Shown piece after piece: positions 17,366-26,369 of a stretch of DNA of 26,369 nucleotides (position 1 is the first letter of the stretch; the number at the start of each line of letters is the position of its first letter). Below the pieces are notes generated by a model. It did not search any database and was not told the DNA's origin. It worked only from the letters and a program-made list of their open reading frames with translations. A program made the translations under genes and the position numbers. This DNA comes from Promethearchaeota archaeon (GTDB lineage Archaea > Asgardarchaeota > Lokiarchaeia > Sigyniarchaeales > SOKP01). The DNA lies in NCBI GenBank assembly GCA_019058295.1, contig JAHPZI010000027.1, forward strand, positions 35,934-62,302, read 5' to 3'.

Positions 17366-18631
17366 TTATTTTAACAGTCCACCGATTTCTTTTACTAATC
17401 CGCTGCCGAATAGGCCATTAATTAAAGCTTGAGCATATGTATCAGTTACACAATTTTGCATCCAAGCACAGTTTCCTTGACATTGATCAGCCCCACTCCC
17501 ATGAAAATTAGTAGGGTCAATTAATTTTTCTGCTGCTTCGTGGAGCTTTTTTACATTTTTGTATCTTAAAACATCGACCATTACAGCCTTACCATATGCT
17601 TTACAAGGCCAAAATACTTCACCATTATAATCGATGTGATCAAAAACTACTGGATAACAATTAAATCCTTTAAAATTTAATAATCTCTCCAGCATCCGTG
17701 GTGAAGCAATCATAGGGTAACCTTGTTTTGCTCTTTCTACTATTCTTTTTCTTAATTCTATGTATCGTTCATTGTTTAATAATTCTAGATCTGCAGAATG
17801 GTTGATATTTGCTGATACTGGTGAAAAAGTAATGTTTAAATCATTGCAAAAGTCTAAAATATGAAAGGATTCTTCTATATTATCGTGGTTTATTACTGTA
17901 TTGGCTACGAGCTTAAAGGGAACATAGTTTCGGAGTATATTTAATGTTAAAATATTCCTCAACACCTTATAGGACACTTCATCACTAACTTTATACATGT
18001 CCGAAAGCTGGGGAATAGTTAAGGAATCAAGACTAATTATAATTACATCCATCTGCATTAAAAAATTACGATAATGAGGGTTAGTTAATTGATCACCGAT
18101 TAAGCTTCCGTTTGTATTTATCATGTTAAACATGTTTAATTTGGTTGAATAATCTAACAGTTCAGGCAAATCTTTTCTAATCGTGGGTTCTCCACCACAG
18201 TAATAAATTGCCGAAGACTTTTTCATTATGCTTATTAACTTCTTTCCTTGCTCTGTTGTTAAATCTTTATTAAGGCCTTCATTAAAAAGATCAGGATATT
18301 TACCTCCCCTATGATTACTGCAATAAGAGCATAAGAAATTGCAGTTATTGGTCATTGTCCAAATATAAAAAATCGGAATAAAATTGTGATTACCCTTTGA
18401 CATTTTTCGCATATTAAGGAATAAATTCTTAAGTGTTCCTAGAATTGCCAATATCTTCCGTTTTTGAAAAAGAGTACCTTGAAAAATATTCGTTTGTAAT
18501 TTAATAATCTTCGCAATGTTTAAAGCTAAACGTGATGCTTCAATGGATAATTTTTTCCAATCAGGATGATAATCCTTTGGTTTATATAATTTAAATTTTG
18601 GAAATAATATTTCATGTGCGCTTTTTTTCAT
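17366..18631 (-). CDS. Radical SAM protein with a C-terminal Cys-rich (SPASM/twitch-like) domain
   Basis: CNFLCSYC (CxxxCxxC), CGGEP, NTNG, ISLDS; C-terminal C(YP)...WPC...CQGNCAWMQNC. ATG at 18631 (the track starts one codon earlier, at TTG 18634). Confidence 0.9.
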   Translation of the reverse strand: MKKSAHEILFPKFKLYKPKDYHPDWKKLSIEASRLALNIAKIIKLQTNIFQGTLFQKRKILAILGTLKNLFLNMRKMSKGNHNFIPIFYIWTMTNNCNFLCSYCSNHRGGKYPDLFNEGLNKDLTTEQGKKLISIMKKSSAIYYCGGEPTIRKDLPELLDYSTKLNMFNMINTNGSLIGDQLTNPHYRNFLMQMDVIIISLDSLTIPQLSDMYKVSDEVSYKVLRNILTLNILRNYVPFKLVANTVINHDNIEESFHILDFCNDLNITFSPVSANINHSADLELLNNERYIELRKRIVERAKQGYPMIASPRMLERLLNFKGFNCYPVVFDHIDYNGEVFWPCKAYGKAVMVDVLRYKNVKKLHEAAEKLIDPTNFHGSGADQCQGNCAWMQNCVTDTYAQALINGLFGSGLVKEIGGLLK

Positions 18632-18731
18632 CAATAGCTACCGATAGATGATAAAATAAATTATAATAATAATTGATAAATTGTTAATTATGATAAATTA
18701 TATATTAAAAAATTTATGATGATCTGTAATC

Positions 18732-19817
18732 ATGACTTTTGAAAATGATTTTAAAATTATCAAAAATCTTACTGAGATCCAAAGTTGTAGCGGCAATGAA
18801 AGTAAAATTAGGCAATATATAAAAGAAACAATTGAATCTTACTGTGATAAAATTGAAACTGATATTTTAGGCAATCTTTTTTGCTTTATAAACGGAAAGG
18901 CAGAAGTGGAGGGTAGTAGATTAAGAATAATGCTTGATGCTCACATGGATGAGATCGGCTTGATGGTTAGGTTTATTGATAAAAATGGCTTTATAAGATT
19001 CTCACAGGTTGGAGGACAGAATCCAAGAATTCTTCCAGGCGCCAAAGTTACAATTCATTCTAGTTCTGGGGAAGAAGTCGTTGGTGTAATTGGAGAAAAA
19101 CCAATTCATCTTCTTGAGCAAGAAGAAAGAAAGAAGGCTAGTAAATTGGAAGATTTATTTATTGATGCTGGATTTTCGAGTGCTGAAGAAGCAAAGAAAT
19201 TCATATCAGTTGGAGATTATATTATTTTCAAACAAGAATGCACGCCTTTTATTGGAAATAACAGAATTTTCTCAAAAAGTTTCGATGATAGAGCTGGTTG
19301 TTTTATTTTGATCAAACTTATAATGGAAATTTCTCAGATAAAAAATAATTTAGATAAAGATTTGATATTTTTATTTGCTTCTCAAGAAGAAATTGGCGTG
19401 AGGGGAGCTACTGTTGGAGCCCATAAAATAACTCCAGATCTTTCCGTAACAGTCGAAGTGACCCACGCAATTGATTTTCCTGGTATAAATAAAGAGAAAT
19501 ATTATGAATGCAAATTAGGGTCCGGTGCATCAATATCAACAGGACCTAATTTATTTCCAAAATTAACAAAGATCCTAATTGAAACAGCTAAGGAGGACAA
19601 TATTCCTTATGTTTTAGAGGCTGAACCTCGTCCAACTCCAACAAATGCAAGAGCGATTCAAATGACAAAATCTGGTATCCCATGTGCTTTAGTTGCGATA
19701 CCATTAAGATATATGCATACGAATATAGCTACAATTGAATATGAGGATATAATCCACACTAAAAATTTAATTAAAGCGTTTTTACTCAAAGATTTGAAAT
19801 CTGCGATAAAATTTTAA
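18732..19817 (+). CDS. M42 family metallo-aminopeptidase (TET-like)
   Basis: SGNE, D.LGN, DAHMDEIG, VGG, FDDRAG, QEEIGVRGA, EVTH and PLRYMHT. Confidence 0.93.
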   Translation: MTFENDFKIIKNLTEIQSCSGNESKIRQYIKETIESYCDKIETDILGNLFCFINGKAEVEGSRLRIMLDAHMDEIGLMVRFIDKNGFIRFSQVGGQNPRILPGAKVTIHSSSGEEVVGVIGEKPIHLLEQEERKKASKLEDLFIDAGFSSAEEAKKFISVGDYIIFKQECTPFIGNNRIFSKSFDDRAGCFILIKLIMEISQIKNNLDKDLIFLFASQEEIGVRGATVGAHKITPDLSVTVEVTHAIDFPGINKEKYYECKLGSGASISTGPNLFPKLTKILIETAKEDNIPYVLEAEPRPTPTNARAIQMTKSGIPCALVAIPLRYMHTNIATIEYEDIIHTKNLIKAFLLKDLKSAIKF

Positions 19818-19843
19818 TTTTTCAGCCAATTTGCGTTAGATGG

Positions 19844-19868
19844 TTTTTTTTACTTTTTTTTTTTCTCC
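19844..19868 (+). terminator. Oligo-T tract, probable archaeal terminator of the M42 gene
   Basis: Long T runs directly after the M42 stop, in the convergent gap with the 1394-aa gene. Confidence 0.45.
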
Positions 19869-19869
19869 T

Positions 19870-22800
19870 TTATGACTCATAAGGTAAGATTACATTTCTC
19901 TTAATTAATGATTCAATTCCCTCAATGACCAGATCTTTATTTTCCTCAGCAATCAATTCTAAAATATATTCTAAATGAAATTCACTCTTGCTTTTAGCAA
20001 ATGATCTAATTACATTTAAAATTCTTGTTTCCATCTTATTAAGTTCTTCTTTTTTTCTTATTTCAGATAGTACATAAGGCTTTGTCAATGTGAATAGCCC
20101 TTTATAATATAACTCAAAATACTCATTTATTATTGGAGGTATCTTTATTTCGAATTGAGTTAATTCGCCATCCCATTCTTCGAATTGATCTCTTAATTTC
20201 AGCTGAATTGCAAATGATAGAGCACTAGTTTGTTCCTTCAATCGCTCCGAAGCTTTATCTTTGAGTATGATAACACATCTTATATTCTCTTTATCAGCTA
20301 CCAGACAAAAAAATTGCTTAAAATCAATTTCAATTAATTTTTCAGGTTTATCACTCTCATGTTTTTCAACTATAATTGCGGGTTTCTTGATGATTTCAGC
20401 ACCGATTGAAGTAATAGCTTGTATAAACCCTGAAAATAATTCTTTTTTTTGCTTTTCTAGAATTCCAAAACTTCTTATATATACTGGTATGCCGGTCATT
20501 TTCTGAATTACAACAATCGCTTGAATATTGCTTAAATCCTTAAATCTCTGAGTTTTGGCTAATAATTCTGCTTCCTTTTTTCTCTTACGAGGTAAGTATA
20601 TATATGACCTAATACTTAAAGCTCCTAATATACTTATAACGCCTAATAGCACGGCAATAATAATCCAAAATATCAAATTCAATCCTTCTTCTTCTTCCTC
20701 TAGGGCGACATCAACGATAAAAGAGTATTCGGTTGCTTTATAAACAGAACCTGCTGTTGATATAATTAAGGTTACTTTATAATCATCTTCTTCAATATCG
20801 GCTGGAAGTTCTAACTCTAATTCATAAATTCCGTTTCCTTTATCATTTAAATCACCAACACCATATTCCCATGAATATGACACAATTGCACCATCGATAT
20901 TAGTATTAGACCCTGCTTCCTTTAGTTGAATTTCAATTGTAAGATCTTCTCCTGGTTCAGCATCAACTTTATCATCAAAATCAATCGATATGACTTCTAT
21001 AGTTTTTTGACTAATTAATAATTGAAAGTCAAAGGTTGTAGTAGCATAACTATCTAATTTAAATATGATATATACATAATTTATTCCTAAAGAAACCACT
21101 GATGAAGAGCATGTGATAGATTCATTATACCAGAGATTTGCAGATTCAGTTAAATTTACTGCGTATTTTTCACTTATCCATGTAATATTTGCTCCTGATA
21201 AATAGTTTTGATCATTTATAGCTAATCCCTTTACCGATATTCTAATTATGTCATTATAACTTGCTCGGATTAACTCATTTTCTTCAATTTCCTGAGAATT
21301 TATTAGCACAGTTAAATTTACAGACTGCTCAATAATTTGAAACTGATAAATATAAAATTGAGGTTCATATTCAGTAGCAGTAAAATTTATTCGCATTTTA
21401 TAAATTCCCAATTTACTTATGAATGAGCTATTGAATTCAATGAGATATATTCCTTCTCCAGTATTATTAACATAATAATGATTTGGATTTGTAATGTTGG
21501 ATATCTCTATATTAGCACCATCAATTCCTGTTTTTCCGTCTGATTTTGTAAATTTTAATCTTATAGTACCATTTCCATGAAATTCAATAAAATAATCAGA
21601 TTCAATTACTTGTAGATTCGTTGCTTCACCCAGATTGATCTCAAGTGTTAAATTACTGTCAAAATACCCAATTTTCGAGGAATTAATAACTATTCGATAT
21701 ATTCCTATAATTAATCCACTTGTATCAATTATTGTCTCATAAAATCCAGGAACAGATTCTTCTATCAAAATTTGTTGGCCTCCTGTCCAATTATATGTTA
21801 CTATTGCATTTGAAACTGTGTTATTATTTTCAGAATCTTCAAGTATTACACTTAGGGGGATATAGTCCCCTACCATCCCATCAGTTCTTAAATCTCCCCT
21901 TGCATCGTTAGGTTTGTTTAGAGTTAAAGAACTATTATGAATTATCAAAAAGTTTGATTCTAATCCTCCTAAGGCTGTACCGTTACTCCAAAGTAATGTA
22001 TAATTATAATAACCTCCTATTGTATTGAGGGAACCAAATGTAATTTCTGAAAAAAACACCGTACCATTACCATTTAATTCAGGATGTTTCGATTCTTCAT
22101 AAAAAATTGTACCATTTGGATGATAAATTGTTAAATTAACATATGTTGATTCTGAATTTGGAGGGATTTCATTTGAATAATTAACTTGAGTCTTAATTCT
22201 AGTTGAATCTCCTGATTTGAAAGAGCTGCTTTGTACCCATTGCCCATTGTTCAATAATTTTGTATTTGTAATATTGAGATAATTAGGTGAAATCGCTTTA
22301 AAAGACCACCAACCATATAAAATTGCCTGGGTTTTATTTATTTTTAAGAAATTATCGCCAATATCTCCACCTTCATATGACCTGAGATTATTTGCTTGAT
22401 CTTTTACATAAAGAAATCTCCAATTTAGTGGCTTTGCTATTACAAATTCAAAATTAGAATACTGAGAAGGCCAATAAAAATTATGATAAAATTCCCAATA
22501 TATAGTCCCATTTTCTAAAATTTTATACGATATTCCTTCATCATTTTGTTGATTGATTTTAGAAGTTGTGTTATGAAATCCATACAAAGTCGTATTTAAA
22601 TCAAAACTAAGCGAAGGAGATGTTGTATTTATTGTTAAAATAACAGGATCTTTATCCCACTCATTAGGACCAAGCACTTTTGAAGCGTCTCCCCATTGAT
22701 TTCCGTCGGTTAAACCAAATTTATTAATTTTCAATTCAATACCCTCTTGAGTTGAATTTGCAATAGTAGTTAAAGTAAACGTTATATTATCAAACCAAAC

Positions 22801-24054
22801 AAGTTGTTGATATCTATCTTGGAAACCACCATAAAGCACTGAGCCTCCACTTTTAATTCCAATTGAGAAATTAAGTGCTTGTTCATTCAATTCATTTTCA
22901 AAAATGTTAGAATTATTAACCCATAAATCAATATTAATATCTCCAGTATTATGCCACACATTTCTTCCTGCTTCAACTAAATCTCTAAAACCTATCGAAT
23001 AAATTTTTTCTTTATTTATTTCAACATATATATAAAAATCATTAGTTTCTATAGCAAATTCTCCAAGATAATCAAAACTTATTGATGCATCTATAACTGA
23101 ACCTCTCGGTATAGTTAAATTTTGATAAATCTCAGCAAAATCATCTTCTCCATAAGAAGCCCAATAACCAGCATCATAATCTTGGTCTGCAACTAACTCT
23201 ACATACATTGCTGTTGCGTTGCCCATTATACCAGCCCCATAATTAGTTTTTATTATTGAAACATTATTAAAACTCCATGGATTAGGAGAGAAATAGTCGA
23301 AACTTCCATTAATATATTGGTAATGATCAATAAAATAGCCATAATACTCATAAACATTATCAGATTCTATATAAATCTGTAATGTATCTCCTTTGACCCA
23401 TGGCGTATAAAATGGTGTAGTTTTATTCCCTGTGTCTTGATAACATAAATTATTATCCTCATCTTCGACCTTTACAAAATCGTAATCAGTCTCGATGGTT
23501 ATATTCTTAAAGTGAGCTCTGATTGCGATAGCCCCATTTTTTGTTATATTTTTCAGTGAACTGGCTTTATCTGAAAATGGTAAGTATGTGCCTCCAAAAC
23601 GATCATTAGTAAGTGTCTCATCCACTTGATAAGCTGTAGTATTAAAAGATTCGAAATCAGTGTTATTATTCCAATTTCTAGTATCTTGAATATTTATAAT
23701 TGAGTTATCTATTTGTGAGACCTTCCAACTGTTGACATCATCTAAATAGTAAGTAAGATTTAATTCTTCCTCATTATCTAAGGAAACTTCTTGATTTAAT
23801 TCATATAAATTACCATAATCTGTAATATTCAGGGCGTTTTCAATTCCCTGAAATAATATTGAATCTCCATTAGCTAATTTTAATTCATTATCAGGATTGA
23901 TAGAGTTCAGTTCTTTTCTTTCCTTTTCATTAGGGAAAATGGAGTTGTTAAATTCAATGAATGGAATTAAAGATACCAAGAAAACTAGGAAAATGACAGA
24001 AATTATCTTTGAAAAATTGCTTTTAATTTTATTTCCTTGAAATGATGATACCAA
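19870..24054 (-). CDS. Large cell-surface glycoprotein (1394 aa): N-terminal signal/TM, CUB-like and Ig-like beta-rich ectodomain, TM helix, cytoplasmic longin-like domain and probable winged-helix end
   Basis: Hydrophobic N-terminus; CUB-like segment IRAHFKNITIETDYDFV...GDTLQIYIESD...YGY; repeated G.Y strand motifs (NTGEGIYLIEF, DKGNGIYELEL); TM FWIIIAVLLGVISILGALSI followed by RKRKK; cytoplasmic IVVIQKMTGIPVY...LFSGFIQAITSIG. Confidence 0.82.
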   Translation of the reverse strand: MVSSFQGNKIKSNFSKIISVIFLVFLVSLIPFIEFNNSIFPNEKERKELNSINPDNELKLANGDSILFQGIENALNITDYGNLYELNQEVSLDNEEELNLTYYLDDVNSWKVSQIDNSIINIQDTRNWNNNTDFESFNTTAYQVDETLTNDRFGGTYLPFSDKASSLKNITKNGAIAIRAHFKNITIETDYDFVKVEDEDNNLCYQDTGNKTTPFYTPWVKGDTLQIYIESDNVYEYYGYFIDHYQYINGSFDYFSPNPWSFNNVSIIKTNYGAGIMGNATAMYVELVADQDYDAGYWASYGEDDFAEIYQNLTIPRGSVIDASISFDYLGEFAIETNDFYIYVEINKEKIYSIGFRDLVEAGRNVWHNTGDINIDLWVNNSNIFENELNEQALNFSIGIKSGGSVLYGGFQDRYQQLVWFDNITFTLTTIANSTQEGIELKINKFGLTDGNQWGDASKVLGPNEWDKDPVILTINTTSPSLSFDLNTTLYGFHNTTSKINQQNDEGISYKILENGTIYWEFYHNFYWPSQYSNFEFVIAKPLNWRFLYVKDQANNLRSYEGGDIGDNFLKINKTQAILYGWWSFKAISPNYLNITNTKLLNNGQWVQSSSFKSGDSTRIKTQVNYSNEIPPNSESTYVNLTIYHPNGTIFYEESKHPELNGNGTVFFSEITFGSLNTIGGYYNYTLLWSNGTALGGLESNFLIIHNSSLTLNKPNDARGDLRTDGMVGDYIPLSVILEDSENNNTVSNAIVTYNWTGGQQILIEESVPGFYETIIDTSGLIIGIYRIVINSSKIGYFDSNLTLEINLGEATNLQVIESDYFIEFHGNGTIRLKFTKSDGKTGIDGANIEISNITNPNHYYVNNTGEGIYLIEFNSSFISKLGIYKMRINFTATEYEPQFYIYQFQIIEQSVNLTVLINSQEIEENELIRASYNDIIRISVKGLAINDQNYLSGANITWISEKYAVNLTESANLWYNESITCSSSVVSLGINYVYIIFKLDSYATTTFDFQLLISQKTIEVISIDFDDKVDAEPGEDLTIEIQLKEAGSNTNIDGAIVSYSWEYGVGDLNDKGNGIYELELELPADIEEDDYKVTLIISTAGSVYKATEYSFIVDVALEEEEEGLNLIFWIIIAVLLGVISILGALSIRSYIYLPRKRKKEAELLAKTQRFKDLSNIQAIVVIQKMTGIPVYIRSFGILEKQKKELFSGFIQAITSIGAEIIKKPAIIVEKHESDKPEKLIEIDFKQFFCLVADKENIRCVIILKDKASERLKEQTSALSFAIQLKLRDQFEEWDGELTQFEIKIPPIINEYFELYYKGLFTLTKPYVLSEIRKKEELNKMETRILNVIRSFAKSKSEFHLEYILELIAEENKDLVIEGIESLIKRNVILPYES

Positions 24055-24405
24055 AAATTATCCCTTTTTAGGTTGAATTGATAACTAAATAAATAATATA
24101 GAATTTGATAGAATTTTATTTAGTTTTTTAAATAAGTGACTTAGTAAAACTAAGGAAGATTGATATTTTAAATATTCGATCATAATTTTATAGATTTATA
24201 AATTTGAATCAAAAATATGAATTTGATAAACTTTAGTAACAATTTGAAAATAGCCGTTAGTTCATAAATATCAGTGAAACTTCTAAAAGATGATAAGTTT
24301 TTTATTTATTTCTCTTAAGAAATTTAAAAAATAAAATTAAAAGAAATTCTATATTTACTAAAAACAACTTTCAAAATAATAAATTTTATTCCTAAAAAAT
24401 TTTAA

Positions 24406-25512
24406 ATGAGAGAGACAATGGAACCGATACTTAAAAGGAAAATCATAATATGGGGACTGCAGTCATTTATTTTATTAGTTGCTTTTTTTATTGGGCTATA
24501 TGCATTCACAGTAATGACTGTAAGTAGTTTCATATTTGGATTTATTATTATTATGATTTCTATAATTTTTACTTATTTGGTATTAAAATTTCTAAAGATA
24601 GATTCTATGGTTCAAATATTTAAAAAGAAACTATCAATATGGTTAATGTTGACAATTAATTTATTATTTGCTTTTATTATCGGGGCAACAATTCCTTTAA
24701 TGGAGACAATATTAACAACAAGATACAACATGGCTTTATTAATGATTCCTTTATTGATAATACTCAACTATATTATCATTGATAGGTTTCATTACTATTT
24801 AAGACATGCTAGGGATACTGAATTAAATGAAAATTCTCTCAAAAATGAGGACATAGAAGGAAAAATTGATAGTCCAGTCATAGAATTTGAAGGAAAAAAA
24901 TATTATTTTACTATTCGATCAATAGCAATACTAGCTATTGGCGCGCCTATATTATCATATCTAATATATTTATTCTTTGATACAGAGATGAATTATTGGT
25001 TACATGAAATTGTCGTGAAGCAAACGGTTTTTTTTTTGAATTTATTATTTGATATGGACGCTAAAGCTGTTTATTCACCTGAATCCACATATCATTGGAG
25101 ATTTATTATTCCTGATAGGGGGCCAATAGATTTCGAAACATTCTGTACGGGAATCCAAGCAATTTGCGTTTTCGCTGGTATTATTATTTGTACACCTCAT
25201 TCTCGAGATCGAAAAACAAATGAAGATATTATCTGGAGGAAAACAAAATCTCTGATTATTTCGTCAATAATATTTTATGTCGTAAATATAATCCGAATGA
25301 TCATACAACTATATTTATTTTATTTGGGATATGCCTGGATTGATATTCATTATTCTATAAGCGCTGCGAGTTCTTTCATAGCTGCAATAATCGTATTATT
25401 AATGCATAAATGGATACCAGAATTTATTCTATCTATAATTTATACAGGAACGTTAATTAGCAAGAAATTAAAAGAAAAACGGGGGATTGTTAGTGATTCT
25501 GAAGAGAATTAA
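24406..25512 (+). CDS. Archaeosortase/exosortase-family transpeptidase with an extra N-terminal membrane domain (resembles the Lokiarchaeal archaeosortase H type)
   Basis: Cys-Arg-His triad in the family spacing: FCTGIQAI (C247), VVNIIRM (R297) and WIDIHY (H315); multiple TM helices; about 130 aa of additional N-terminal TM region. Confidence 0.85.
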   Translation: MRETMEPILKRKIIIWGLQSFILLVAFFIGLYAFTVMTVSSFIFGFIIIMISIIFTYLVLKFLKIDSMVQIFKKKLSIWLMLTINLLFAFIIGATIPLMETILTTRYNMALLMIPLLIILNYIIIDRFHYYLRHARDTELNENSLKNEDIEGKIDSPVIEFEGKKYYFTIRSIAILAIGAPILSYLIYLFFDTEMNYWLHEIVVKQTVFFLNLLFDMDAKAVYSPESTYHWRFIIPDRGPIDFETFCTGIQAICVFAGIIICTPHSRDRKTNEDIIWRKTKSLIISSIIFYVVNIIRMIIQLYLFYLGYAWIDIHYSISAASSFIAAIIVLLMHKWIPEFILSIIYTGTLISKKLKEKRGIVSDSEEN

Positions 25513-25593
25513 TTATAGTCTCTCGTATTAATATTTTTAAAGAAAGATTAATTTGATCATTAAATATTGAAATAAAAAAAGTGAGACTGGGAC

Positions 25594-26369
25594 TTGCTTC
25601 ATTATTTTTTATCAATTATATGGCTATCGTTAATATTTTTCCTCATATGCTTGTTTTTATACCTTAGAAAAAAGAAAAATAATGAAATCCTTTATATTAT
25701 TATCCCGTTGATATGTATTGGCATGTGGGCGGTACATTGGTTAATTTTAGTATACTTTGGTTGGTTTAAAGTAGATTATTATGATTATGGGATTTGGGCT
25801 TACCAGGGGGTTCCTTATACTGATTTTGGGTTTTACTATTTCGCTGGGAGACAGCTTTTAATTGACCCAAATAGATTTTACAAAAAAAAGCATGGCACTT
25901 GGGCAATAACAAGTTTACCATTTTTCCTTATGCTTTGGGCAATATCTCTCTCATTATTGCCCTATCTTATATCTTACTTTATCTGGTATATTTTAAATTA
26001 TATTTCTGCGGTTTTATTCGTATTAGAATTCAATAAAATCTTAAAATTATTAGGTATTAAAGAAAAAATTCATAGATTTTTGTTTCTTATGGTAATTTCA
26101 AATGGAAATCTCATACTTTTCCAATTTGCTTTAAATCAATCAAAATTCTTGTTAGGCGCAATATTATTATTTATCCTTAGAAGAGAAATTCAATACAAAA
26201 AAGAAGAAAAAGAGAAAGATTTCAAATATAAGTTTAGTACTTATTTTCTTTTTGTTATGATTGTGGGGATGGACCCTTATTTTCTTTTTTTGTTGTTAAT
26301 CTTTATATTTCACGATATCCCTTTTGCTAAATTATTTAAGAAAGAAAATCTTAAAACCTATGGATTAGT
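25594..26369 (+). CDS. GT87/DUF2029-like GT-C fold membrane glycosyltransferase, 5' part only (runs off the right edge)
   Basis: Not in the ORF track. The frame is open from TTG 25594 to the end of the window: ...YTDFGFYYFAGRQLLIDPNRFY...SLPFFLMLWAISLSLLPYLISYFIWYILN...FALNQSK. This matches the GT87 pattern DF..YY.AG...Y...P...LP......W...N...(G/N)Q. The start codon is uncertain. Confidence 0.72.
   Translation, partial: MLHYFLSIIWLSLIFFLICLFLYLRKKKNNEILYIIIPLICIGMWAVHWLILVYFGWFKVDYYDYGIWAYQGVPYTDFGFYYFAGRQLLIDPNRFYKKKHGTWAITSLPFFLMLWAISLSLLPYLISYFIWYILNYISAVLFVLEFNKILKLLGIKEKIHRFLFLMVISNGNLILFQFALNQSKFLLGAILLFILRREIQYKKEEKEKDFKYKFSTYFLFVMIVGMDPYFLFLLLIFIFHDIPFAKLFKKENLKTYGL

Noticed and set aside
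19440-19670. M42 peptidase variants (EVTH for DVT; PTNA for GTDA) as signs of inactivation
   Set aside because: The His, Asp, Glu-Glu and C-terminal His ligands are present and Glu can serve as a ligand, so there is not enough to claim loss or change of function.
20550-20710. The 1394-aa protein as a direct archaeosortase substrate
   Set aside because: Its TM and basic cluster are followed by about 240 cytoplasmic residues, and no PGF/PEF/PGY-like motif precedes the helix.
13135-21911. Short ORFs inside ppsA, the YkgJ gene, the M42 gene and the 1394-aa gene
   Set aside because: They are fully nested in long motif-bearing genes and have no independent support.
1-26369. Selenocysteine recoding, CRISPR arrays, tRNA/rRNA, IS elements, inteins
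   Set aside because: I saw no motif-bearing ORF interrupted by an in-frame TGA, no regularly spaced repeats, no GC-rich structured intergenic segment, and no transposase/integrase or intein motifs by eye. A covariance-model scan would be needed to exclude small RNAs.

Overview
This is an AT-rich, gene-dense archaeal chromosomal window. The most likely source is an Asgard archaeon (Lokiarchaeia-like). That is inferred from a Rab/Roc-like small GTPase with WDFGGQ and no prenylation tail, a longin-like cytoplasmic domain on a giant surface protein, UPF0147, an archaeosortase and GGTGA-type Shine-Dalgarno sites. Gene order: partial multi-PAS sensor (-); FAD-linked oxidoreductase, HdrD/GlcF-type Fe-S protein and ROK sugar kinase (+); coiled-coil protein (+); small GTPase (-); enolase-superfamily enzyme, YtcJ-like amidohydrolase and GPH-type MFS transporter (+); UPF0147 and PEP synthase (-); small membrane protein (+); macrodomain, YkgJ-type Cys-cluster protein, duplicated membrane protein and radical SAM enzyme (-); M42 peptidase (+); a 1394-aa receptor-like surface glycoprotein (-); archaeosortase and a partial GT87/GT-C glycosyltransferase (+). 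I found no rRNA, tRNA, CRISPR array or mobile element. The most interesting signals are: (i) the receptor-like CUB/Ig-TM-longin protein, divergent from an archaeosortase/GT87 pair; (ii) a radical SAM plus CruF/lycopene-cyclase-like membrane protein pair; (iii) a mandelate-racemase-type enzyme with natural K164R/D270N-equivalent changes; (iv) a probable ATT start codon; (v) a 38-bp dyad centred on a TATA box. All family calls come from reading motifs by eye, and no database search was run.
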